The notes beneath the pieces were generated by a model. That model searched no databases. It was given only the letters and a program-made list of their open reading frames with translations, and was not told where the DNA came from. Source: the human T2T-CHM13v2.0 reference genome, Homo sapiens. From it: a stretch of DNA of 64,000 nt. Position 1 is the stretch's first letter; each line of letters opens with the position of its first letter. The stretch lies in NCBI RefSeq assembly GCF_009914755.1, contig NC_060929.1; one strand, written 5' to 3'. The position numbers were made by a program, and so were the translations under genes. Positions 43,301-54,330 of the stretch are shown piece by piece.

Positions 43301-44134
43301 TTTTCTCTCTTCCAACAGTTGAACCTATTCCACTCCCTGCTTAATACATGTGTAAATGCTTTATTAAGTTGTAACATTAATAAGTTGTGACATTAATCTA
43401 GAAGGAGTGGTAGTAATAAAATATTTCTCTGTTTTATGAATTACTGTAGATCACACACAAGAAAAAAGCAATACTATTTAAACTTAGTATCATTTTTAAT
43501 ATAAAGTAAATATACAATCAAGCACATTGTTAATTTACCTAGAAATACAACAAACATTTAATAGCTTATTGACTCTCGGGGAAAATAGTCAACTAAATAA
43601 TTAAAAATTTCACCATATAATATATTTGCTTTGTATTATACATGACTAATGTAAAATTATAATAATTTTATTTCCTGATAATAATTATCTACTTTTTGTC
43701 TAAACATAGTTTGAGATAGCATTAACTTCTATGTTATATATTTCTCATCCACTGTAAATGTGGGTAAAAAGATAATAAATTTTGTGAGGTGTTCAAGAAT
43801 TGTGAACATTCAATAAAGAATAATTATTTCTAGATACAGTTAAAAAAATAAAATTCTAATTTTTCCTATTCAAAAAATTATCCAAGTCAACCATTGTAGA
43901 TGGACTATAATTGAGTTTAAGATTTTCCAAAAATAAAAAATTTTCAAATGGTATTTTATCATTTGTTTATAATATAATATCTAATATTGACTAATAAAGG
44001 AGTTATTTTAGTTCCTCCAGTTACACATTGTAATAATTAAATATTATAATTAATTTATGTGAACATTGAATGTTCACAATTTTTGAATTAATTCATTGTG
44101 CTTTCTTTCTGTTTTCCATATGTATTCTGGATGC

Positions 44135-44234
44135 ATACACACACAAACATACAGACATAGCTATAGATACAGATATACAGAAATATGAATGAAGAAACAT
44201 ATGCAGATATAAAGATATAAAGACATAGATAGAC

Positions 44235-44265
<31 letters not shown>

Positions 44266-44270
44266 TAGAT
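44135..44270. repeat. (TAGA)/(CAGA) microsatellite with degenerate flank
   Basis: Directly visible. Confidence 0.9.
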
Positions 44271-45341
44271 GTCACTTTGTAATTTCAACTAAGTTTACTC
44301 TTAACTTTCTGTTAAGTTTTCTTGAACTGTTAAGTTTTCCTTAACAGGAAACTGTTACATTTCCTCTGCGGTTTACTTACCATTAAAATTTAAAAAAAAC
44401 AAAAAACAAAAAAACACAATTTTTTTATGTGTTCTTTATATTGTGAAGCATTTATAACATATATATGGGAATATTTTTAAACATATTTCTAGAAATTATG
44501 TAATAATACTACAGTAACCTGCTTTGGTAGAAAAAAATACAAATACATTTTAGAGTTGGCTGATTGTCTGGGGAAAACTCCCTTAGACAACTTTTAAGAC
44601 TGAATTCCCAGTTTTATAAAAGCAGTATATTTTATATAATGTCTTTTGACCCAGGAAGTGAATTACTGTTGCTCTTTTGCCTGGATTACACTTTGTTATA
44701 TGCATTATTTGTTGTCTCCCCTGTTATACAGCTTCCGGTGTATATGCTTTATTTTTTTATATGACTTTCCAAAGATGTTCTTTTACTAAATATGAGGAAA
44801 AAGCTTATTACACTTTGGAAACTGTGTTAATAATATATAAAGTATGTCGACTGCAGCATATTCCAATATAAATTCTGTTAGATAAATGTTTCTTTCAACA
44901 TCGAATACATTAATGAACATGTTAAATCTTTCATATTCAAATTTAAATAATAATTATTAGTTACTACTATTTCCACTGTAAATTGAATTAGTGTTTGGAG
45001 TAGAAATTAAAATGAAGTCATCTATGCTCTTCAGAATTGTAAAGTCGATTTCAAAATCTGATATGAGGGGTTGGCTTTTTAATCCATATTTATGAAACAA
45101 TCATATGCTCGTGTTTCATCGATCAATTAGAGAGATCAAAAATTATCTTGCTCATCAAGAGAAATAGAAGATATACAAGAATGCTTATTTCTCCTGCAAT
45201 TGGTTTATAATTTGCTAAATTAATAGGATAGAAAAAAATCTCAGAAAAACTTTGAATGTCATTTTAAGAAAATATTCAGCTCTTTACTTTTTTTACTTTT
45301 ATTCCTAAAATATAAATAAATAAATAATACATCTCTCTCTT

Positions 45342-45364
45342 ACACACACACACACACGCACACA
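45342..45364. repeat. (CA)n
   Basis: Directly visible. Confidence 0.9.
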
Positions 45365-45784
45365 GAGCATCTGACCACAACACCCCATGATGTTTCCACT
45401 TTCCTCTCATAGCCAATGAGATCCATTATAATGACTTTTATGTTTGGAGAGGTGTTTCTTGGAAATGTTAATGTGAAATCTCTTGGTCAGGCTCCAGAGA
45501 CCCTGCTTTTGTTCAGGCACTTTGCATTTGTAATGTGGCTAGAAGACTATGTCTTACTAGTGCTAAATTTAGGGATAAGTGCATTAACATGTTAGGGCTG
45601 TTATGGAAATGTAGAAGAGTGCTATAAAGACATTTTCCTCACTGTACACTCCTTACCATATTTTAATAATAAGGATAATGGTGCTTCCAGGCAGAGAAAT
45701 TGAAATGACTCATAAGAGAAAAAAAATTTTTTTAGATTATTTATAACAATCCAGAATTCATTGTTTTCAATAATCTATACAACT

Positions 45785-45860
45785 CTATCTATCTATCTAT
45801 CTAATCTATCATCTATGTATTTATCTATCTATCCTCTATGTATCTGTCTATCATCTCTTT
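45785..45860. repeat. (TCTA)n degenerate microsatellite
   Basis: Directly visible. Confidence 0.88.
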
Positions 45861-46430
45861 ATGTATTTTTCTATATTTCCAATTTGAGTTTCATGGCTTA
45901 ATAGGATAAGTTTCCACATAATATTGCATATGTATATATATATATATATATTTAACTTGACAGTCTTGGATATGGAACCTGATCTTTCTAAGCCTCTGCT
46001 TTAGTATGTGTCAAATTAAAGATGGAGAGAGTTAAAACTCCTCTTCTAAAGTTCCAAAATTTTATGTAAACATCTAAATAAGATAATGTCATGGGTATTG
46101 AGAATTATTCGGGATATCTTTGTAAAGACAACTTGTTTCTGAAAACAAATATGCAAGATACAGAGAAAGAAATTGCTTTATCTTAGGAAACATGTTTTAT
46201 GTTCTACAATAAAAATGACCATATTTATAAATTTAGCATCAGGTAAAAACAAACAAGACTCATTTGAAATCAATGTCCTTTGGATTATATTTAGCATGCT
46301 TTCTTCTTCTTTAAGAAAATTTAACTTTAAGCAGACGATTTACAAGGCAAAATACCCAAGAAACTAACTAGAGTTTTTATTACAAAAAATCTCACCATGA
46401 ATCAAAATTACTCTATGTTAATATTGCTAT

Positions 46431-46434
<4 letters not shown>

Positions 46435-46473
<39 letters not shown>

Positions 46474-46498
46474 TGTGTGGGTGTGTGTGTATGTGTGT
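46435..46498. repeat. (TG)n microsatellite, about 64 bp
   Basis: Directly visible. Confidence 0.97.
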
Positions 46499-49100
46499 CC
46501 TTGAAGTCAAAAGTATTACATTGGACATTTTTTAAGATATCTTTTTTCTAATATAAGATTATTTCTACATCATATTTAAATGTGCCTTTGAGTGAGCAAA
46601 ATTAGTCTTAAAGAATATAGCAAATTAATGATAAATTATATTGAAGCATCTGCATTAATATTGAATAATTATCTATCTAGACTGTTTACTTTCATAGAGA
46701 ACAAGTTACAGCCAATGTTTATTCATGACACATTCACACATATTTTTAAAATTAACTTTCACCTTAATTTATACTTTCTTGCATATTATATGTTGCCACA
46801 TTAATTGCATATTTTATATTATATAATTTGTAAGCACTCTCTAAAGCATTCTTATTAACTACACCCATATACTGTAGAAATATTGTGGGGAAGGAGCATC
46901 TGCCTCATATCACTATTGATGCCTGAATAGAGCTAAGCCAGTAGAATAAAAACAATCTAATTAACTTTGCTTTAAAAATCTTACTTGGTGAATGTACCAT
47001 GGACGGGACACTGCATTGGCTAAGCTTGGCATGTATAGGGGTTACAGGAAAACACCAGAACAAATCCCTCCATGTAAGGTGACGTTCAGATGAGCTTCTG
47101 ATTCAACACACGATTTATCAAGTTGAGCAACACAACATTTAAAAGAATAATTTCAAGATCAACTTTGATATTGTACTCTTCTTACACACAGGCAGTGGTA
47201 TGAGACATTTTTATTTCCTTCATGCAATGAATGCAATAACAGTAGCATAGTTATGTAAACCATTTCAAATATTTTAAAACTATCAAATACTGTAATAAAA
47301 GAAAAATAATATTTTTTATCCTAGAAAAATTATTATCTCATAGGACTATTGTTTTTATTAGTACTACCAAATCTGTCTGACTTTAGTGAATTATTCTTAA
47401 ATTCATACTACTCTCTGCTTTCTCTAAATCATTTTTTCTATTTATTTCCAGAATTGGATTTGCTCATAATATGTACTTATCTTACATTTTTTTTCATTTT
47501 TCAAAACACATATAGAGATGTTGGTATTTCAACATGTTGGCATATATCTATTAAGTGCATATAATTATTTATCTACTCCTCATTTGGAAAAACTTTAGTC
47601 AAACCCATAACATATTTGGTGACAAGACTACAAACACATGCTATTTATGTTATGTTCAAGTTCTTTGGTGCTATGTGCTGTAATAGCATGTTATTTCATT
47701 TTCCTCATCTTTCAAAAGATCTATGTTTCAAACCTGGATTAGCCAGTTTTATAGTTGCAAAAATGTATTTCACAATGGACACACATTGCCTAGGCAATGA
47801 TGTAGTGTCTGAATGTGGAAAATAGGATTCTTCTTCTGCAGAATGTAGGAGGAGGTTTTTTACAAAATTGAGAATCTTGAATAATCAAATTCATTCTTAA
47901 CGGCTGTGCCTGAAGATGGGTAACTCTTCCAAATTCATAGATAAAGCAAAGGGAGTCGAAGGAAGATTCCCTTCTGTCTTGCAAAAGTTACCACTTTTTT
48001 TGATGTCACAAAGTCATTCATTCTTCATGCTAAAAAGATTTAGAAACCTTGTGAAAAAATCCCTATTAGGAATCTCATCTACCTATAATACAAAATATAA
48101 AATGACAACACATCTCCAGAGAAGACCACCAATTTCTCCTCCAATCTGTAGTCCATTATATCTTCATCAAAAGTTGATGATACAAATAAATGTAAACTTA
48201 TCTACTACAGTTAATAACTTTCTTTTTATTACACCTTTGTTATTTAAAACAGATTATGAGAATTTCACCCTGGTAACAGTCTCTAACTGTCAATACTAAA
48301 GAATTTTGATGACCTTATAGCTAAAATCCAAGCCTTTATTGAGACGAGCCTACCTGCAAAAATTTATTTGATGTGAATGGTGATCTTGAGCATGCGATGG
48401 AAAACACAATAAAACAATGCTCCACCAAATCAATGCATTTCCCACATCACTTCAAATTTTTTAAATGCCAATTTTGGCTTAGAAACACTCTCCCTTTCTT
48501 GTGGCTTTCATCTATCTAGTCATCATTACATTAAGACATATTTGCCTACAATAATAGAAAGCAATTATAGCTCACAGATGTATACATTCAGAGTGTCGAC
48601 CTGAGTGGGAGCCACAAATACGTGAAGAAACCTCTTTTACCAGGTAAAGTGATCACCTTAATCCTGACATCCAATATGCATCTGTGGCATTTTTACTATT
48701 CATATATTGTTTCATTTATAATATTGAAAATAAAGAAAGCATTTCTTATTCAATTATTAATAAAGATGCCCTTATTTTTGACAATTTTGACTCAAGTGAT
48801 TTAAACAAAAGTTATGAGAAGACCAGGAGTCCATTTCAAATTAATATAATAATCACATACATGAACACATAAATATGTGAATAATTGAAAGCCACCACAA
48901 TCAACTGATACAATTTTAAGTTTAGTTTTATTTTTACGACAATATTCCATATGCAAATATGAGGACTATAAAAAGAGCTTGAGTAGGTATCAGCTTTGCA
49001 AAAGTAAAATAAGAAGCAAATGTTGCAAGTTTTGTCACTGAGCATGTAAACATTTTACTCAAATACTACTAAAATGTATTCTTATGTGCTTCCAAGTGTT

Positions 49101-49119
49101 GAGAGAGAGAGAGAGAGAG
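49101..49119. repeat. (GA)n about 100 bp inside intron 1
   Basis: Directly visible. Confidence 0.9.
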
Positions 49120-49221
49120 CAAAATATAGCAACTAGGAGAAAAGCAATATTTGTACTACTTCGTTATAAGAAAGCAAAAACTGAATAGCTTACATTGTCA
49201 AGCAAAGTAAATAACACTTAC

Positions 49222-49370
49222 CTTGCTTAACAATGGAACTGAGTTTAGCCCTACTCCGCACTGACAGTTCCGTTGTTGCTTCTGTCTCGGTCCTTCTCTT
49301 CCCTTTTTATAGTATCTTCACAGCTGAATCTTCATGCATCTCAGTGTGGCTTTCTCTTCGAGCATCACTT
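49222..49370 (-). other. CDH9: Non-coding first exon (5' UTR), probably of CDH9. The 3' end is exact; the TSS is approximate (about 49280-49390).
   Basis: The minus strand reads ...GAGATGCATGAAGATTCAGCTGTGAAGATACTATAAAAAGGGAAGAGAAGGACCGAGACAGAAGCAACAACGGAACTGTCAGTGCGGAGTAGGGCTAAACTCAGTTCCATTGTTAAGCAAG|GTAAGT. It is unique, GC-elevated sequence with a perfect donor and upstream promoter motifs. Identity rests on my recall of the CDH9 mRNA 5' end and needs a BLAT check. Confidence 0.62.
49304..49311 (-). promoter_or_regulatory. TATA-like box TATAAAAA
   Basis: + strand TTTTTATA. If used, it predicts a TSS near 49280; otherwise it lies inside the 5' UTR. Confidence 0.35.
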
Positions 49371-49640
49371 TTAACTCAGACAGGCAGGAAGCTGAAGGCA
49401 AAGGAACTCTCTATCTGATTGGTTTCCATTCAGCGTTTCTGATTAATAAGAGACGTCCCTCAAATAGGAAGATATTGCCGCTGATGGCGCTGCAGGGCGC
49501 CAGGTTTGGGCTTGGGGGAGTAAGGACTTCTTTGGGCACAATGATTTGCAAGCGAATGAAGTGGGAGGACTCAGAAAGGAGGGCTTTGTCAAAGACCCCC
49601 ATAAGAGAAAACGACCCAGTGTTTTTAGTCTCGGTTAATC
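49370..49640 (-). promoter_or_regulatory. Proximal promoter (non-CpG-island type, with local CpG/GC enrichment)
   Basis: Local cluster of non-repeat CpGs (cagcg, gacgtc, gccgctgatggcgctgcagggcgcc, agcgaa, aacgac, ctcgg) in an otherwise CpG-poor window, next to the exon. Confidence 0.55.
49415..49425 (-). promoter_or_regulatory. CCAAT box (NF-Y consensus AAACCAATCAG)
   Basis: + strand ctgattggttt, a short distance upstream of the exon. Confidence 0.6.
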
Positions 49641-49950
49641 AGCTCTCCTTAATCTGTTTGCAATTGGGAGAGAAAGGTCACAGCATGTCTGTAACCTGTA
49701 AATCATCTGTAGAAAATATATATCACAGGGAGAGTGCTGTTGCTCAAAAGAAATTTTGTTTATGGTTCCTGCAGAATTTACTACTACCTATTTCAATTCA
49801 GTGTCAAAATGTCAACTTTAAGAAAAAGAGGAGAAAAAAATACAGATAATATATATCATTGATAACGATGAATTTTTTTACTTGTGCCTCTACGAGTTTA
49901 TAATCTAAAATAGTCTTTTAGAAACATTGTTAAACATCTAAAAATTAATG

Positions 49951-49994
49951 ATTGACATATCTGTTTTCAGTAATTGACATATCTGTTTTCAGTA
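49951..49994. repeat. Perfect 22-bp tandem duplication ATTGACATATCTGTTTTCAGTA x2
   Basis: Copies at 49951-49972 and 49973-49994. Confidence 0.97.
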
Positions 49995-52900
49995 AAGATA
50001 ATGGTTTTAAGAATAATTTTAAATTTCTAGAACGACTTTGCTTTTTACCAGATAATGCAATTGAATGAGTTTCATCTTCCCTGGAAATAACCAAAAATAA
50101 TGGTGACCATAGCCACATCACAAAAACTACATGATCCACCTGTTAGAGTCCCTGTTGCACATTGTACACCTCTTAGAGCGGGTGGACCAAAGCTAAAGTT
50201 AAACCCTGCTTCAGAAAGAAGTCTGTTTAGTATTTCTGGAAATGGCACAATAAGAAAGATATTGATTAGTAGATAAATCCTTCTGAAAAGAAGTTCTAGT
50301 AATAGTTGTATGAAATGCACGGTGGGGATATGGCTCACTTTATAACGGCTCGTTAAGTCACAGTAAGTAAATAGCTTAAGTGCGAAAAAATATCAATATC
50401 CTATTTGATGCTTCAAAGGAAAACTGACAATACAAAAAAAAATTCAACTTCTTTTTTTTCCCCCAATGGTAAAGCTTATCCATGAAATGTAGATAATAGA
50501 GGTGCCCATCGGAGGCTTGTGCATTATGGAAATTCGTTTCTTTAAAAGGAAAACAAATGTTTTTAAAAAAAAACACAATTTTACATATCCCCAAATAAAA
50601 TGTGACACTACTAAAACGTGGTGATTGAACATGGAGTGAATGGCTTTTAAATACTTCTGTGTTTGAAGTGTAGGAGGTGGACAAAAAAAAGGGAACTTCA
50701 TTTTGTTCATCTATAAATAAAGAAAAAGAAGGAAGAAATAAAGCCTTATGCGTATTCCCAGGGCTAGATAGATTCAAGTGGTTAAGACAGCTTGATGAAT
50801 TCTTCATGGAGGCTAAGACTGTTTTCTTGAGGCAAAGACACTTAATTTAAAATTCACAGGCTCCTTTAGACTTATGTCTTCTGGGTCTACTTGCTCCTAT
50901 AAATAAAGCTACATATTATAGAAGCCTCTTTATTAATACTGAGATAAAGTAATGTATGTAAAGTGGAAAAAAGAAACCAAACAAAATATTTTATCATAGT
51001 TTAAGGTAGACATTCAGAAATAAAAGCTTTAAATCCCTAATGTTGCATACATTTTATTTCCCACTGAAATCCAACTGTGGGAAAAGGCTGTTTTGTGTGA
51101 AATCCACAATTCAACAGAGCAGCCTAAATCCCGATTTGAAGTTATTTTTACTACTCTGAGAAAAAAAAGAAAAAAAAAAGGGGTTGCCAAATGAAAGGTC
51201 TTCTACCTTTCTCTTGTTTGATATGGAACCAGCATTTGAAAACAAAGGACTTAAACCCTGGAATTGTCAAAAATTCTTTTATATCATGTGTATAGCTACT
51301 TGTAAGTTTTCAAATGTGAGTAGCATTCTGTATCACATGAAAACAACTTTTCATACTTGCAGTAATGTGTATGAATATTTAGCAAACATTTTGTACAAAA
51401 GTATTAGTCATTATTTACATTAGCAGAGTATATGCCCTCCTTTTATGTATTTAGACATAAAAAATTAACAGTAAATTTAAAATATTATTTGAAGTACTCT
51501 TTCCAAGATTAGTTTGAATTTACTTTTCTTAATTATTTGGTATATTGAACATATTACCTTATTGTGGAAAAAAATTATATGGATATTTTTCTTTTCTTCT
51601 TCTTTGAACATAATGCATTGTCATACTTAAGGACTCCATCTATTTAATGCTGTTCAAAAAAATGGATAGATCTCTGCCACATACAAAATTTCATTTTTTT
51701 GCATTTTAGTGTGATAAATATATTCCTTTGCATAATGGTAATTTTGCAAATTGTTGAGAAAGAAAAACTGAAAAAAATAGACACAATGCCAGTTTATCTC
51801 GTACTGAAATAGAAAATAAACTTTATAGTGAAGCGAGTTTTTAAGCTTACAACTGTAAGTCCTTTAGTCTTCAGACAGGCCCATAAAGACATATTTATGG
51901 TATTGTACCAGGAAAATCTTGAGACAGAATCTCCCTGTGCTATGAGACCACTCATAGGAACACCCTGAAATTTAAGACCACTCTTTGCTCTTGGTAACAG
52001 ACATTCACACCTTCCTAACTAAAACTGAAATACTTTGCACAATAGCTCTTGCATGTCACTACTAAATATATCCCTTTCCAGACCTCAGCACCAAGGGCTT
52101 GCTCCTATGACCTGAAGATTAAACTATACCAAGAATCAAGGAAAAATTATAAATTCCCTTCTTTTCTCTAGCAAGCCATTGATATCAATCCCATCACTGT
52201 CCACATTTGATTGCTTATCAGGCCTTCTCAGAAGTTTAAGCTTCTCTGGTCATCTACCAGGACCATGATTCTAATTACTCTCTGGCTTGAAATACCCTCA
52301 GGTCTTAGTGAAATCCCTTCAGTCCAATTATGCCCATTGATGGATCTCAGTGTGACACCGCAAAATCCTTTGAGTCCTTCAACTTTTCTTTGAACATTCT
52401 CTGCAGCTACCTGCTGTAACTGAAAGCTGGCTATTGTCTGAAGATTCTTTTTTTATTTTTGGTTTCTCACAAGAAAAGTGATATTACTCTCACAGCCATG
52501 TACAACAAAACAGTGCCTGGAGTTGAGATAGATGATCTTCTGCCTTGTCATTACTGGGCCACTTTTCTTCACCCTTTTCTCCATGCTTGCCATCAGCTGA
52601 TTTCTTGTTTAACTCTACTTGTCAAAATCATTTGAAGACCAAATCATTACTCCTTCTCATTCATTGAAACTGAATACCCGCGTTAGTATCTTATTATTAT
52701 TTTTATTATGTTTTATTATTTTGGTGTATGATAATGAAGGTCCTCATTCTTAAGAAATTTAGTAGCCACTTACATGATCCCCAATAATACACCCACTCCT
52801 TCCTTGCCTTGACTTTCACATTCCCAGTAATCATTTCCTCCTCTCCATTCCAGTTTGCAATCCAATGGCCACACTTTATTGAGAAGAGAAAATTATTCTT

Positions 52901-53120
52901 TTTCTTCTGAATAACCATAATGACTTTTCTCTATTCCATGCCTCAAGGTGGACTAGCAATGAATTGACTCAGAACTAAACTGGATTAGCCTTAAAGGCTA
53001 TTCGATTTCTACTTGCCTTTTATAACTGGCAAATAGATTCCTCCAGAGGACAAAATCAGAGGGAAGAATGTTCATTTTATCCTTATGGCCTTATCTCAAC
53101 AAGACAGATCAAAGGATCTG
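52901..53120 (+). repeat. Dispersed direct repeat, copy A (pairs with 63781-64000)
   Basis: Ungapped alignment at offset 10880, with 13 mismatches in 220 bp by manual count. Confidence 0.97.
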
Positions 53121-54099
53121 GTACCTACTGCTCTCTTCTAGTGTGGAGATTCTCTTCAAGAGAGTTCCCTGTGTACTTAGCCCAAGCACTCCTTTCTGTG
53201 AGATGGAGAAAACTAAGGAACTAAAAGCATTATATTGATTTTCTCTGTTACATTTTTTTTCCAGATAAACTTTGCTTTGCACTTATGCTGTGTGTCATGC
53301 TTATGCTTGTTCCTGACCTTAATACCCAGACTTTCAGTTAGCAAAACCAGTATGACTTCCAAAATATGTTTTTTCAAAAATCCTAATTTTGCTATTATGA
53401 CCTCTACAATTAAGTCTTTCTTTCTGTGATCTGATGCCAGCTATTCCTCCTTCCTTTAGGCCCTGCCATTGACTCCACACTTCTTTTTTTTTTTTTTTTT
53501 TTAATGTTTGTCATCTCTCTGAAATCTCCTTTCTCTGCTTATTTAGGTTTTTCCTGAAACCCATTATCAAAATCACACTCTTACATACTCTCTGGTTTTG
53601 CTATCACTCTGTGATTGCATGAGTATGTAATAATTTTTTAATGAAAAGATAAAGAAAAGTGGGCTATATATTGTATTTGTAGTCATAAAATATAGAGCAG
53701 GGACAGAATCTGGGATGCTTGGAATCGTGGTTGATGGGGTGATCTGCATCCCAATAATGTAGCAACAGCAGCACTTTGGCATCGGAGTTTCTGTTCTCAG
53801 CTTCCCTTTTTTCTTCATTGTTCAGGGAGCTTCAACAAATTCCAGGCCTTATCTTGAAGATGCAAGTTCAGTAAGCTCAAAACATCCTTGAAGTCCATAC
53901 TTGGATGTGCATAAACTATGCAGAACATGGACGGCTTATAACAGTGACCCCCTAGTTTTTAAAATTCTGCTTATAGTTATGCTTACTTATCTCCTGTATA
54001 CGACTCTCATCATTACTATTATTACCCTACCATGACTACAACTAATGCCGCCACCACCACCACTAATAATAATAGCACTAATAATAATAATAGCAATGG

Positions 54100-54330
54100 T
54101 TTTAATTTATTGTATACTTACATTAATAACTGTTAGCCTTCTATAAATGTCATTTCTTAAAACAGCTCTACAAGGTAGATTTTGTTTTTTCTTGATGGGA
54201 TATAAGGAAACCGATGCTTAGTAAGGTTATTTGTCAAAATCTACTTAGCTAGGCAGTTGATACAATCAGGAGTAGAAACCAGTCCTATTTAAGTTCACTG
54301 CCAATCCTGTTAACCACTACCCTATAAAGC
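54100..54330 (-). mobile_element. MIR fragment
   Basis: acagctctacaaggtag...aaggaaaccgatgcttagtaaggtta...gtcctatt...ttaaccactac. Confidence 0.6.

Noticed and set aside
48951-48958. Octamer ATGCAAAT near the donor site
   Set aside because: The same 8-mer recurs several times in this AT-rich window, so it cannot be told from chance.
49486-49506. Possible REST/NRSE site
   Set aside because: Only GGCGCTG matches; the TCCGTGGTGCTGAA half is absent.
49334-49849. 171-aa + strand ORF over the promoter
   Set aside because: Antisense to the exon with no recognisable protein features. It is explained by the locally higher GC content.
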